A stretch of DNA of 56,212 bases from Candidatus Opitulatrix roisinitermitis (GTDB lineage: Bacteria > Actinomycetota > Actinomycetes > Actinomycetales > Bifidobacteriaceae), in the NCBI GenBank assembly GCA_031288355.1, contig JAITRN010000087.1, forward strand, positions 1-56,212, given 5' to 3'. A program made the position numbers and the translations under genes. Positions within the stretch are counted from its first letter, which is position 1. Each line of letters opens with the position of its first letter. Positions 9,217-18,795 of this stretch are shown here, in pieces. The notes beneath the pieces were generated by a model that did no database searches, was not told where the DNA came from, and worked only from the letters and a program-made list of their open reading frames with translations.

Positions 9217-12200
9217 CAGCTGATGCTATAAAAGCGTAGTCATTCTCCATAATTTTACTTTGTGCTAGATTAGGATATAAAGTAACTTTAAGTTCTTCTC
9301 TAATTTGAGCCTCAGAATTATGATAAATTGAAAGGCCTGTGCCAGCAGGAATAAGATTTCCTATAATAACATTTTCTTTCAGACCGTCTAAAGAATCGTC
9401 AGTTGATTCAATAGCCGCTGATGTTAGAACTCTGGTAGTTTCTTGAAAAGAAGCAGCTGAAAGCCATGAAGGTGTTGCCAAAGAGGCCTTAGTTATACCC
9501 ATTAATTCTGGACGTCCAGTAGCTGGATTTTTGCCTTGTTTAACTGCTTTACGATTTATATTTTCAAATTCAATTCGGTTAACTAATTCTCCAGGAATTA
9601 AATTAGTATCGCCGCTTGACAAAACTGAAACATATTTTAACATTTGACGAACTATAACTTCAATATGTTTATCATTAATTGATACTCCTTGAGCTCGATA
9701 AACCTCCTGAACTTGCTCTAACAAAAATATTTGCGCTTCACGAGGACCTAAAACCCGCAAAACTTTTTTAGGATCCACGGGGCCTAAACATAATTTTTGT
9801 CCAGCATGAACTTTATCGCCTGATTTAACCAACAATTTATTTCTTTTTGAAATTATATCTTCACTAGTTGTCAAGTTTTTGCCTTCAGGGATGATTTTTA
9901 CTATATACCCCATAGAAGAATCTTCTATTTTGACTTTTCCATCAAACTCAGCAATTGGCGCTTCGCCTCTTGGGGTTCTAGCCTCAAAAAGTTCTGTCAC
10001 ACGAGGAAGCCCTTGTGTTATATCACCTGATGAAGCAGCTGCGCCGCCAGTATGAAAAGTTCTCATAGTAAGCTGAGTACCCGGCTCGCCAATTGATTGA
10101 GCAGCGACAATCCCAACTGACTCTCCCACATCAACTCTTTTACCTGTTGCCATAGATCTACCATAACATGCTGCACAAGCACCCTTTAAAGATTGACATG
10201 TCAGAAGTGAACGAACTTTAACTTCTTTTATGCCTAACTCTAATAATTTATCAATTATTTCTAAAGAAATATCTTGATTGGCCTTAGCAACAACTTTACC
10301 ATTTTTGGCAACAATTTGTTCTGATAAAGTTCTAGCATAAAGCGAAGTTTCTAAATGCATATCTTTTCCATCATCAGAAATTACTGGAATGGTCAAAGAT
10401 CTTTTAGTTTTGCAATCTTCTTCTAAAATAATCACATCTTGAGAAACGTCAACTAACCTACGGGTTAAATATCCCGAATCAGCTGTTCTCAAAGCAGTGT
10501 CTGCCAAACCCTTTCTAGCACCATGAGAAGCAATAAAATATTCTAAAACAGAAAGCCCTTCATCGTAATTTGATTTTATAGGACGAGGAATAATTTCTCC
10601 CTTAGGATTAGATACTAAACCTCTCATACCAGCTATCTGACGAATTTGCATCCAGTTTCCTCTTGCTCCAGAAGTCACCATTTGTTTAACGGTATTATCG
10701 GCTGGAAAATTATCAATCATTGAACGAGCAACTTCTTCAGTGGCTTGCGTCCATAAATCTATAAGTTCTTCACGCCGTTCCTCATCTGTGATAAGACCGT
10801 TATCGTATTGTGAATGAATTTTTAAAGCTTTCTCTTCATAACTTGCTAAAATTTTATTTTTATTTTCTGGCGCTGCCACATCTGAAAAAGATATTGTCAC
10901 TCCTGAACGACTAGCCCATTTAAAGCCTGTATCCTTTAAAGCATCAAGCGAAGCATTTACTTGAACAGTTGGATAATTGGCCGATAATCTATTTATTATA
11001 TCATCTAAAAGACTTTTTTCAACATGTTCATTAATATACGGAAAATCAGGTGGCAAACATTCATTAAAAATAGTTCTACCAAAAGTTGTTTCAACAATTT
11101 TAGACACACCTGGCTTAAAATCCTCTGGCATTTTTTCATCCGCATTTGGATAAAAAGCATCAATTTTTATTTTACATTTAGCATTTATATCAAGCTGGCC
11201 TAAATCATAAGCCATTTGAGCTTCATTTACCGACGAAAATGCTCTTCCTGTACCTTTAACCTTATCTTTAGCCGCCGTTATATGATAAAGCCCTATAACC
11301 ATATCTTGAGTCGGCACTGTCACAGGATTGCCATCAGCCGGCTTTAAGATATTATTAGCCCCTAACATTAAAACTCTCGCTTCAGCTTGAGCTTCAACAC
11401 TTAAAGGTAAGTGAACGGCCATTTGGTCACCATCAAAATCGGCGTTAAAAGCAGTACAAGCCAAAGGGTGTAAAGCAATAGCCTTCCCTTCCACTAATTG
11501 CGGCTCAAAAGCTTGAATACCTAAACGGTGTAATGTGGGAGCCCTGTTTAAAAGCACAGGGTGCTGTTTTATAACTTCTTCCAAAACATCCCAAACCACA
11601 GGATGAACTCTTTCTATCATATTTTTGGCTTGCTTTTGATTAGCAGCATGCTGCAGAGCTATAAGTCTTTGCTCAACAAAAGGTCTAAATAATTCTAAAG
11701 CCATATTTTTTGGCAAACCGCACTGATGCATTTTCAAGGTTGGACCCACGACTATAACGCTTCTGCCCGAATAATCAACTCGTTTACCAAGCAAATTCTG
11801 ACGGAAACGTCCTTTTTTGCCTTTTAACATGTCCGAAATTGATTTTAAAGGTCTGCCTGAAGGGGTTGTGACAGGATGGCCTCTTCTGCCATTGTCAAAC
11901 AAAGCGTCAACCGCTTCTTGTAACATTCTTTTTTCGTTATTTATAATAATTCCTGGAGCCGCTAAATTAATCATTTTTTTCAAACGGTTATTGCGATTTA
12001 TCACCCTCCTATATAAATCATTCAAATCTGAAGTGGCAAATCTTCCCCCATCAAGCTGGACCATCGGTCTAAGATCTGGCGGTAAAACAGGTATAGCATC
12101 CATAACCATAGCTGTAGGACTATTTTTTGATTCAATAAAAGCATTTACCATTTTTAATCTTTTTGACAATTTAAGATTTTTAACAGTATTTCCTTCGGCC

Positions 12201-13042
12201 ATTTCTTCTTGAATGTCTTTAGCTATCTGTTTTAAATTTAAATTTTCTAAACAGATTCTAATTGCTCTTGCTCCAATATCAGATGTAAAATATTCATCAT
12301 ATCTATCTTCAAGAGAATTTCTTATAATTTCATCATCTAAAATAGTGTGAATTTTCAAGCTTTTAAAAGTCTCCCAAACTAACTGCAACTTATTAACATT
12401 TTCGCTAGCAGCTGTTTTTTGACGTTCAATATTTCTTCTATGCGAAGATCTTATTCTGGTTAATTCATTGCCTTTTTTGCCATTCGCTTTGGCTTTAGCA
12501 ACTTCTTTTTCCATTTGTTCTAAGGCTTCAGCAGAAATTTTCTCAGATTCGCTCAATATGCTCTTTATTTCATTATCTAGCTCTTTTCGCAAAAACGGCA
12601 AATCTTTTTTAATAAGATCTGCTTTAACATCAACCACTAAATAGCTTTGAAAATAAATTACTTTTTCAATATCTTTAACTGACAAATCAAGCATATATCC
12701 AAGCCTTGAAGGCACTCCTTTGAAATACCATATATGTGTTACAGGAGTAGCTAATTGAATATGTCCCATTCTTTCGCGACGAACTTTTGAACTAGTAACC
12801 TCCACCCCACATCTTTCACAAACTATTCCTTTAAAGCGAACTCTTTTATATTTTCCGCAAGAACATTCCCAATCGTGAGTGGGACCAAAAATCTTTTCAC
12901 AAAATAAACCGTCATGTTCAGGTTTCAGAGTTCTATAATTTATAGTTTCGGCTTTTTTAACCTCTCCATGCGACCAATCATATATATTATCTAAATTGGC
13001 TAAAGATAATCTAACAGTGTTAAAATCTGTAACAGCAACCAT
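9209..13042 (-). CDS. rpoC: DNA-directed RNA polymerase subunit beta'
   Basis: 1277 aa. It has a zinc-binding CSCGKYK...CERCGVEV segment, the [12 protein letters not shown] catalytic motif, and the trigger loop and bridge helix regions. It starts 3 nt after the rpoB stop. Confidence 0.98.
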   Translation of the reverse strand: MVAVTDFNTVRLSLANLDNIYDWSHGEVKKAETINYRTLKPEHDGLFCEKIFGPTHDWECSCGKYKRVRFKGIVCERCGVEVTSSKVRRERMGHIQLATPVTHIWYFKGVPSRLGYMLDLSVKDIEKVIYFQSYLVVDVKADLIKKDLPFLRKELDNEIKSILSESEKISAEALEQMEKEVAKAKANGKKGNELTRIRSSHRRNIERQKTAASENVNKLQLVWETFKSLKIHTILDDEIIRNSLEDRYDEYFTSDIGARAIRICLENLNLKQIAKDIQEEMAEGNTVKNLKLSKRLKMVNAFIESKNSPTAMVMDAIPVLPPDLRPMVQLDGGRFATSDLNDLYRRVINRNNRLKKMINLAAPGIIINNEKRMLQEAVDALFDNGRRGHPVTTPSGRPLKSISDMLKGKKGRFRQNLLGKRVDYSGRSVIVVGPTLKMHQCGLPKNMALELFRPFVEQRLIALQHAANQKQAKNMIERVHPVVWDVLEEVIKQHPVLLNRAPTLHRLGIQAFEPQLVEGKAIALHPLACTAFNADFDGDQMAVHLPLSVEAQAEARVLMLGANNILKPADGNPVTVPTQDMVIGLYHITAAKDKVKGTGRAFSSVNEAQMAYDLGQLDINAKCKIKIDAFYPNADEKMPEDFKPGVSKIVETTFGRTIFNECLPPDFPYINEHVEKSLLDDIINRLSANYPTVQVNASLDALKDTGFKWASRSGVTISFSDVAAPENKNKILASYEEKALKIHSQYDNGLITDEERREELIDLWTQATEEVARSMIDNFPADNTVKQMVTSGARGNWMQIRQIAGMRGLVSNPKGEIIPRPIKSNYDEGLSVLEYFIASHGARKGLADTALRTADSGYLTRRLVDVSQDVIILEEDCKTKRSLTIPVISDDGKDMHLETSLYARTLSEQIVAKNGKVVAKANQDISLEIIDKLLELGIKEVKVRSLLTCQSLKGACAACYGRSMATGKRVDVGESVGIVAAQSIGEPGTQLTMRTFHTGGAAASSGDITQGLPRVTELFEARTPRGEAPIAEFDGKVKIEDSSMGYIVKIIPEGKNLTTSEDIISKRNKLLVKSGDKVHAGQKLCLGPVDPKKVLRVLGPREAQIFLLEQVQEVYRAQGVSINDKHIEVIVRQMLKYVSVLSSGDTNLIPGELVNRIEFENINRKAVKQGKNPATGRPELMGITKASLATPSWLSAASFQETTRVLTSAAIESTDDSLDGLKENVIIGNLIPAGTGLSIYHNSEAQIREELKVTLYPNLAQSKIMENDYAFIASADE

Positions 13043-13045
13043 TTT

Positions 13046-16000
13046 TTAAATCTCCTTCAATGTTATTTGTTCTGTTGGTTTAATATCTAATTCTTCAAAA
13101 TCAGCAGATTGCTCTTTCAAAGAAACGTGTATATCTTCTTTCATATCTGTTAGATCTATTGGTTTATTCTCTTTATCTAACACTTCCACATTTAACGCTA
13201 AAGCCTGCATTTCTTTATTCAAAACCCTAAAAGATTCAGGCACCCCTGCTGGAGGAATATTTTCTCCTCTAACAACAGCTTCATAAGTTCTAAGTCTGCC
13301 GTCTACATCATCGGATTTAGAAGTCATCATTTCATGAAGCACATTGGCTGCGCCATAAGCCTCTAAAGCCCAAACTTCCATTTCACCAAATCTTTGCCCA
13401 CCAAATTGAGCTTTTCCTCCAAGAGGTTGCTGTGTAATCATTGAATAAGGCCCTGTTGATCTAGCGTGTATTTTATCATCAACTAGATGGTGTAATTTCA
13501 AAACATACATATAGCCAACACTTATAGGTTCTGGAAAAGGTTCACCAGTTCGACCATCAAACAAAATACCTTTGCCTGTTTGAGCCACCAATCTTTCATT
13601 ATCTCTATTTGGTAAAGTACAGTTTAATAAACCTTTTATAATGGATGAATCCACACCATCAAAAACCGGCGTAGAAACTTTTGCACCAGGACTAGCTTTT
13701 TGAGCAACAGACGGAACTTTTTCTTTCCATTTATTATCTTTCGACTTATCTGTGTTTAAATTCCAGCCATTTTTAGCGATCCAACCTAAATGAACCTCTA
13801 AAACCTGCCCCAAATTCATACGTCCAGGCACACCTAACGGATTCAAAATAACATCAACTGGCGTTCCATCAGGCAAAAAAGGCATATCTTCAACTGCTAA
13901 TATTTTAGAAATAACACCTTTATTTCCATGCCGACCTGATAATTTATCACCAGGAGTGATTTTTCTTTTATTAGCTATATAAACCCTAACTGAATGATTG
14001 ACATCAGCTGGCAGGTCATCTCCAGCTTCACTAGTGAGTTCTCTGACCCCTATAACAGTTCCTGCTTCTCCATGAGGGACCTTTAAAGATGTATCTCTAA
14101 CTTCCTTTTGTTTTTCACCAAAAATAGCCCTTAATAATCTTTCTTCAGGAGTAAGATCTGTTTCACCTTTCGGCGAAACCTTGCCAACTAATATATCACC
14201 TGGATTAACTTCTGCTCCAACTCTAATAATACCTCTATCATCTAAATTAGCAATAGCTGATTCAGAAGCATCAGGCAAATCACGAGTAATCTCTTCTTCT
14301 CCTAATTTAGTATTTCTAGCGTCAATATCATATTCTTCAATATGTATAGAAGTCAATGTATCATCTTGAACTAAACGATTAGACAAAATAATAGCATCTT
14401 CAAAATTATACCCTTCCCAGCTCATAAATGCTACTAGCAAATTTCTGCCCAAAGACAATTCACCATCTTTTGAAGCTGGTCCATCTGCTAAAATATCACC
14501 TGTTTGAACCCTATCACCAGTTTCCACAATAACTGTATGATTTATACAAGTTGTTTGATTAGCTCGTTGAAATTTATTAGTTTTATAAACTGTTGTGGTT
14601 TTATCATCATTTTTTACAACTATCTCATTAGCGTCTGATGACGTTATTATACCTGGCTTAGTAGCCAATAAAACATCCCCAGCATCAATTGCTGCTCTTG
14701 ATTCAATACCTGTTCCAACATAAGGAGCTTCTGTTTTAATTAACGGCACAGCCTGACGCTGCATATTAGCACCCATCAAAGCTCTATTAGCATCATCATG
14801 CTCCAAGAAAGGAATAAGTGATGTCCCAACAGAAACCATTTGCTGAGGAGAAACGTCCATATAATCAACTAATAATGGATCAACATCATCAGCCTCTCCG
14901 TTTCTATCACGCACTAAAACCGTTTTACTAATAAATTTTCCATTTTTATCTAACTCTTGATTAGCCTGAGCAATTATAAAATTAACCTCCTCATCGGCTG
15001 TTAAATAATCAACATTATCTGTCACTTTTCCTTTAACAACTTTTCTATAAGGCGTTTGGATAAAACCAAAAGAATTAACCTTAGCATAAGAGGCTAAAGA
15101 ACCGACTAATCCGATATTAGGCCCCTCTGGCGACTCAATTGGACACATTCTACCATAGTGCGAAGCATGTACATCCCTAACTTCTAATGAAGCTCTTTCT
15201 CTAGACAAACCTCCAGGACCTAAAGCAGAAAGTCTTCGACGATGAGTAATGGCCGCTAAAGGATTATTCTGGTCCATAAATTGACTAAGTTGAGAAGTTC
15301 CAAAAAACTCTTTTAATTGAGTTATAATAGGTCTAGCATTAATTAAAGATTGCGGAGTAATGGTTTCAATATCCTGGGTGTCCATTCTTTCACGAACAAC
15401 CCTTTCAATACGAGTTAAAGCAATTCTTATTTGATTTTGAATTAATTCAGCACAACGCCGCACCCTTCTATTGCCAAAATGGTCGATGTCATCAGTCGTT
15501 ATTCTAACCTGTTTTGATGGCTTAATAAACTTCGCTTGATAAACATCCTTGCCTGAATGCATTGAACATAGATATTGTATTATTGCAATTATATCATCTT
15601 TGGTAACAGTTGTTTGCTCTATAGGTATTTGAATACCTAATTTTTTATTTAGTTTATATCGGCCAATTTTGCTTAAAGTATATCTTTTAGCATCAAAAAA
15701 CATATTGTCTAATAACATTTGACCAGCTTCGGGGTTTGAGGGCTCGCCAGGACGAGCATTTTGATAAACAGCTTCTAATGCTTGATCCTTTGTTAAATCA
15801 TAATTTTTTTCTAACGCTCGGCTAATAACAGGAAATTCTCCAAAATGCTTAGTTAGTTCTTCATTATTTAAACCAATAGCCTTTAAAAATTGAATTAGAC
15901 CCTGTCTGCGCTTTCTGTCTACTCTAACCGCGGCATTATCTTTACGATCAATTTCAAACTCTAACCAAGAACCACGAGTTGGCACAATCCTAACTGAAAA

Positions 16001-16588
16001 TGACTCCCTATCATTACCTTTTTGAGTAGATTTTTCAAAATAAACTCCTGGAGAACGGGCTATTTGAGTTAAAACCACCCTTTCTGCTCCATTAAAAACA
16101 AAAGAAGCAGTATCTGTCATTAATGGAAAATCTCCAAAAAAAACAGTTTGTTTTTTCCTAATATCCCTTTTTATGTCATGAAATTCCGCTTTTACATATA
16201 AAGGCGCTGCATAAGTTAAACCTTTTTCTTTACATTCCTGAACAGTATATGGTGACTGTTCCAAAACTGGCTCTGAAAAAGACAATTCCATCCTACCCTG
16301 ATCATCTTGAATTGGAGAAAATTCATCAAATATTTCTTCAAAACCGCTTTTAGAGCTGATAGCCTCATCGTTCAAACCTTTAGCAAGTCTTTCTTTCCAT
16401 CTTTCGTTTCCAACTAACCAGTCAAAACTATTTTTTTGCAAATCTAACAAATGGGGTATTTCAATAGGTGCATGAATTTTGCCGAAAGATATTCTTTTAG
16501 CAATTCTTTCATCTTGCGTTCTGCCATTTTGTAATTCATTTTTTGATTTTGTTCTTTCGCTTTTAGCTGTTTTAGATTTATCAGTCAA
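13046..16588 (-). CDS. rpoB: DNA-directed RNA polymerase subunit beta
   Basis: 1180 aa. It contains the rifampicin-cluster region ([30 protein letters not shown]), plus GRHGNKGV and [18 protein letters not shown]. It uses a TTG start at 16588 preceded by a GAAGGGA Shine-Dalgarno sequence. Confidence 0.98.
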   Translation of the reverse strand: MTDKSKTAKSERTKSKNELQNGRTQDERIAKRISFGKIHAPIEIPHLLDLQKNSFDWLVGNERWKERLAKGLNDEAISSKSGFEEIFDEFSPIQDDQGRMELSFSEPVLEQSPYTVQECKEKGLTYAAPLYVKAEFHDIKRDIRKKQTVFFGDFPLMTDTASFVFNGAERVVLTQIARSPGVYFEKSTQKGNDRESFSVRIVPTRGSWLEFEIDRKDNAAVRVDRKRRQGLIQFLKAIGLNNEELTKHFGEFPVISRALEKNYDLTKDQALEAVYQNARPGEPSNPEAGQMLLDNMFFDAKRYTLSKIGRYKLNKKLGIQIPIEQTTVTKDDIIAIIQYLCSMHSGKDVYQAKFIKPSKQVRITTDDIDHFGNRRVRRCAELIQNQIRIALTRIERVVRERMDTQDIETITPQSLINARPIITQLKEFFGTSQLSQFMDQNNPLAAITHRRRLSALGPGGLSRERASLEVRDVHASHYGRMCPIESPEGPNIGLVGSLASYAKVNSFGFIQTPYRKVVKGKVTDNVDYLTADEEVNFIIAQANQELDKNGKFISKTVLVRDRNGEADDVDPLLVDYMDVSPQQMVSVGTSLIPFLEHDDANRALMGANMQRQAVPLIKTEAPYVGTGIESRAAIDAGDVLLATKPGIITSSDANEIVVKNDDKTTTVYKTNKFQRANQTTCINHTVIVETGDRVQTGDILADGPASKDGELSLGRNLLVAFMSWEGYNFEDAIILSNRLVQDDTLTSIHIEEYDIDARNTKLGEEEITRDLPDASESAIANLDDRGIIRVGAEVNPGDILVGKVSPKGETDLTPEERLLRAIFGEKQKEVRDTSLKVPHGEAGTVIGVRELTSEAGDDLPADVNHSVRVYIANKRKITPGDKLSGRHGNKGVISKILAVEDMPFLPDGTPVDVILNPLGVPGRMNLGQVLEVHLGWIAKNGWNLNTDKSKDNKWKEKVPSVAQKASPGAKVSTPVFDGVDSSIIKGLLNCTLPNRDNERLVAQTGKGILFDGRTGEPFPEPISVGYMYVLKLHHLVDDKIHARSTGPYSMITQQPLGGKAQFGGQRFGEMEVWALEAYGAANVLHEMMTSKSDDVDGRLRTYEAVVRGENIPPAGVPESFRVLNKEMQALALNVEVLDKENKPIDLTDMKEDIHVSLKEQSADFEELDIKPTEQITLKEI

Positions 16589-16970
16589 GAGATTCCCTTC
16601 TTGTAGTATCTTTTATATCCTAAATGTTTTTTATTTGACCGCAAACAGCAGCTTTTTTAAAAAACATTTTGAAAATTTTGCACATATATTTGGTTTTACC
16701 CTCTTGACCACTATATATCTAAAAGAGTTTATATTATCAGTTTATATAATTTTAATATGAAGTCAAATTTTTTGCGATTATTTTACGATAACTTCTTACT
16801 AAATCTTACTAAATCTACGACACTGGCAAATACCCTTTTACCCTTTATTTATAGGCAAAAACCCTATATTTTCAAAGAAAGAAAAAAATATAGTCATTGA
16901 TAGATAATAAATGACACATTTTCAACGAAACCCAAAAAATAAAGAGTCGTTTTTATAATGAAACGATAAT

Positions 16971-17114
16971 ATGTGGAAATTAAATCCTGATGGCAAGTCA
17001 ATAAGATATGAACCTGTGAAAATGGATTATGAAGCCGCCAAAAAATTTGACGAACAAATAAAAGAAGCCAATAATGATATACCTGATTTTTCTTGGTTAG
17101 ATGAAGCTGAATAA
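16971..17114 (+). CDS. possible small acidic protein (47 aa), unknown function
   Basis: Below the track length cutoff. ATG at 16971 and TAA at 17112-17114. The product is MWKLNPDGKSIRYEPVKMDYEAAKKFDEQIKEANNDIPDFSWLDEAE. It lies just upstream of the TA pair. I see no family and no clear Shine-Dalgarno sequence. Confidence 0.2.
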   Translation: MWKLNPDGKSIRYEPVKMDYEAAKKFDEQIKEANNDIPDFSWLDEAE

Positions 17115-17120
17115 ATTATA

Positions 17121-17144
17121 AAATGTAAAATATATTTTACATTT
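17121..17144. promoter_or_regulatory. perfect 24-bp palindrome, candidate operator of the TA operon (or a hairpin terminator for the small ORF)
   Basis: The sequence aaatgtaaaata|tattttacattt is its own reverse complement. It lies 27 nt upstream of the toxin GTG, and a TATGAT -10-like hexamer follows at 17154-17159. Confidence 0.45.
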
Positions 17145-17170
17145 ATCTATTTTTATGATAAACTGATTAT

Positions 17171-17461
17171 GTGTATAAAATAAAAACAACTGACGAATTT
17201 GACACTTGGCAAAACAATATTCGTGATTATAGAACTTATGCACGAGTAAACGCAAAAATTACTATGATAGGAAAAGGTAATTTAGGTGATTATAAAAATG
17301 TAGGTGAAAAAATATTTGAAACACGAATACATACTGGAAAGGGAATTAGACTCTATTTTACTAAAAAACAAAAAGAAATAATTTTACTCTTGATAGGTGG
17401 CGATAAATCAAGTCAGAAAAAAGATATAGAAAAGGCAAAACAACTAGCAAAGGAATATTAA
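17171..17461 (+). CDS. type II toxin, RelE/ParE superfamily (addiction module killer protein, HigB-like order)
   Basis: 96 aa with a GTG start. The pattern T.EF..W.........R..A.I......GNLGD.K.VGE...E.RI..G.G.R.YF......II.LL.GGDKS.Q.KDIE.AK.LA matches the COG3657-type killer proteins I know. The toxin is encoded first, and the antitoxin starts 1 nt after its stop. Confidence 0.8.
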   Translation: MYKIKTTDEFDTWQNNIRDYRTYARVNAKITMIGKGNLGDYKNVGEKIFETRIHTGKGIRLYFTKKQKEIILLLIGGDKSSQKKDIEKAKQLAKEY

Positions 17462-17462
17462 A

Positions 17463-17750
17463 ATGAAAAGAAAAATGAATGATTATGACCCTGTAAAGCA
17501 TTTAAAAAATGAGAAAGTAATTACTGAATTTATAAATGCTTTTATTGAAGAAGCACCCGAACTTCTGCCAGAAGCATTAAGTATTGTAGCAAAAGCTAAA
17601 GGCATTACAGAATTATCAAAAGAAACTGGTTTAACTCGTCAAACTCTTTATGCAGCATTGGGAGATAATGGTAATCCAACTTTTAGCACTATTAACAAAA
17701 TATTAAATAGTTTTAATATAAAGCTAAAAGCTACACTAAAAACAATTTAG
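17463..17750 (+). CDS. type II antitoxin, HTH addiction module antidote protein (HigA-like)
   Basis: 95 aa. The segments DP.K.L......EF..A..EE......AL..VAKAKGITELSKETGL.R..LY.AL...GNP.F.TI.KIL...KL are typical of the COG3636 antidote family paired with the upstream toxin. Confidence 0.8.
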   Translation: MKRKMNDYDPVKHLKNEKVITEFINAFIEEAPELLPEALSIVAKAKGITELSKETGLTRQTLYAALGDNGNPTFSTINKILNSFNIKLKATLKTI

Positions 17751-18102
17751 CTTCTTCAAAAGTATTATCAGCTATTAACCAATATCTTTTTATAAAATCA
17801 AATGGACTGCCTGTGCGGTTTGGTCTACCACTTGCTTGCTCCATAGTAGCCCCTAATTTACCATCGGCTATATTAGCTATTATTTCGGTATTACAGACAT
17901 CTTTAATGTATCTAAGCCTCTAGCCTGCTGTGTAAACAATGGCTAATATGGCGTTGTGAGTGCTTGTAAACCAGTTTTCTAACTGTTGCGACTATTTAGC
18001 TGTCATTCCACCCGTAAAAGCTCTTATTCGGCGATGTTTATTTTCACACATTTGGGCAAATTGTTTGCTATCTGTCCAAATTATTAATTCTATTAGGTTC
18101 AT
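17731..18102 (-). pseudogene. decayed ORF of unknown family with two in-frame TAG stops
   Basis: The reverse-strand frame from ATG 18102 reads MNLIELIIWTDSKQFAQMCENKHRRIRAFTGGMTAK*SQQLENWFTSTHNAILAIVYTAG*RLRYIKDVCNTEIIANIADGKLGATMEQASGRPNRTGSPFDFIKRYWLIADNTFEEAKLFLV*. The internal stops are at 17994-17992 and 17922-17920. The same frame stays coherent across both stops, and the end overlaps the antitoxin 3' end by 20 nt. Confidence 0.4.
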
Positions 18103-18148
18103 TTTTTAAAATACGCTATATTTATTTAGAAAATTCGCTATATTATAG

Positions 18149-18221
18149 TGGAGATAGTGGGACTCGAACCCACGACCTACTGCTTGCAAAGCAGTTGCGC
18201 TACCAGCTGCGCCATATCCCC
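18149..18221 (-). tRNA. tRNA-Ala (anticodon UGC)
   Basis: Reverse complement: GGGGATA TG GCGC AGCTGGTA GCGC A ACTGC TTTGCAA GCAGT AGGTC GTGGG TTCGAGT CCCAC TATCTCC A. The cloverleaf is canonical, with the G3:U70 Ala identity pair. CCA is not encoded. Confidence 0.95.
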
Positions 18222-18222
18222 A

Positions 18223-18420
18223 ATTTTGTGATATATTGTTCTAATTTTTGTTCGCCGTATTGAATACTTGCTCACAAAAAATTATCCCAACATCTCACTA
18301 AAATTCAGATTTTGTGATACATCGCTTTAATTCTCTATTTGCCATATTGAATACTTGCTTACAAAAAATTATCCCAACATCTCACTAAAATTCAAATTTT
18401 GTAATATATTGTTCTATATT
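18223..18420. repeat. tandem direct repeat, about 86-87 bp unit, about 2.3 copies
   Basis: Units start at 18223, 18309 and 18396 (the last is partial). A ~62-bp core is almost identical between units 1 and 2: tattgaatacttgct[c/t]acaaaaaattatcccaacatctcactaaaattca[g/a]attttgt. The first ~25 bp of each unit has diverged. The repeat lies immediately 5' of tRNA-Ala on the tRNA strand. Confidence 0.85.
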
Positions 18421-18431
18421 CAGTTATTTTT

Positions 18432-18545
18432 TTAAGTTTCGTCGTCCCAAAAAACTTTAAGTTCTGCAACAGACTTATACTTTTTATATAAATACACTAA
18501 CCCTGCGCTTCCGACAAAAAGTGCCAGCAAAAACATTTTTTTCAT
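18432..18545 (-). CDS. possible 37-aa single-TM mini-protein, resembles the actinobacterial DLW-39 family
   Basis: The reverse-strand ORF gives MKKMFLLALFVGSAGLVYLYKKYKSVAELKVFWDDET. It has an N-terminal TM helix, then a basic stretch, then an acidic tail with a conserved-looking W (family consensus ...DLW..). Too short for the track. The family assignment is from memory. Confidence 0.35.
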   Translation of the reverse strand: MKKMFLLALFVGSAGLVYLYKKYKSVAELKVFWDDET

Positions 18546-18685
18546 AAAACTTTTTCCCTTCTGTTACAAAGCCCACAAGCCACACATATCTATACATTTA
18601 AGACTAACACAAAATAACGCAATATTCAAATATATTTTTCAGCACAGCGCGTATGTTCGCACCTGAGGTTGTGTATTCTTTTTTT

Positions 18686-18795
18686 TCAATTCAACTAATA
18701 AAAAGATAATTAACTAAAAACAATTTAATTACTTTTTTCAGGAGCGAGCTGTTCCAAAAAATTATTACCAAAGACAATTAAAATTCTGTAGCTGA
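18686..18795 (+). repeat. dispersed intergenic repeat, copy A (paired with 56006..56118)
   Basis: About 110 bp align with the right window edge at roughly 85% identity by eye. The alignment includes a 36-bp perfect block, aaagataattaactaaaaacaatttaattacttttt, at 18702-18737 and 56025-56060. Confidence 0.8.

Noticed and set aside
11817-12212. 131-aa plus-strand ORF inside rpoC. Similar antisense or overlapping track ORFs occur at 2385-2615, 4406-4729, 4820-5254, 5378-5815, 7535-7795, 14181-14369, 22041-22337, 36625-36939, 45416-45757, 46183-46473, 46587-47081, 47871-48146 and 51289-51753.
   Set aside because: All lie entirely within, and antisense or out of frame to, confidently identified conserved genes. 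Their products are low-complexity and hydrophobic (F/L/I/S-rich), as expected from reading AT-rich coding DNA backwards. None has a recognisable motif or its own intergenic space.
16479-16760. 93-aa plus-strand ORF spanning the rpoB start region.
   Set aside because: It overlaps the rpoB 5' end in antisense and continues into the promoter region. The product is low-complexity, with no start context.
16790-16822. Short tandem cttactaaat-cttactaaat repeat and a small hairpin (tcatt...aatga near 16895-16915) upstream of rpoB.
   Set aside because: These are very short, AT-rich and expected by chance at this base composition. There is no second copy or positional logic to support a regulatory call.
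17920-17994. TAG reassignment or programmed read-through, as an explanation for the two identical in-frame stops in the decayed ORF.
   Set aside because: TAG is used as a normal terminator by intact genes in this window, for example the tadZ-like gene at 44714-44716, tadC at 47089-47091 and rodA at 36639-36641. TGA and TAA also terminate genes normally, consistent with the standard bacterial code.
18223-18420. Possible CRISPR array, suggested by the direct repeats near the tRNA.
   Set aside because: The units are ~86 bp and contiguous, with no unique spacers between short repeats. There are only 2.3 copies and no cas genes in the window. It is a plain tandem duplication.
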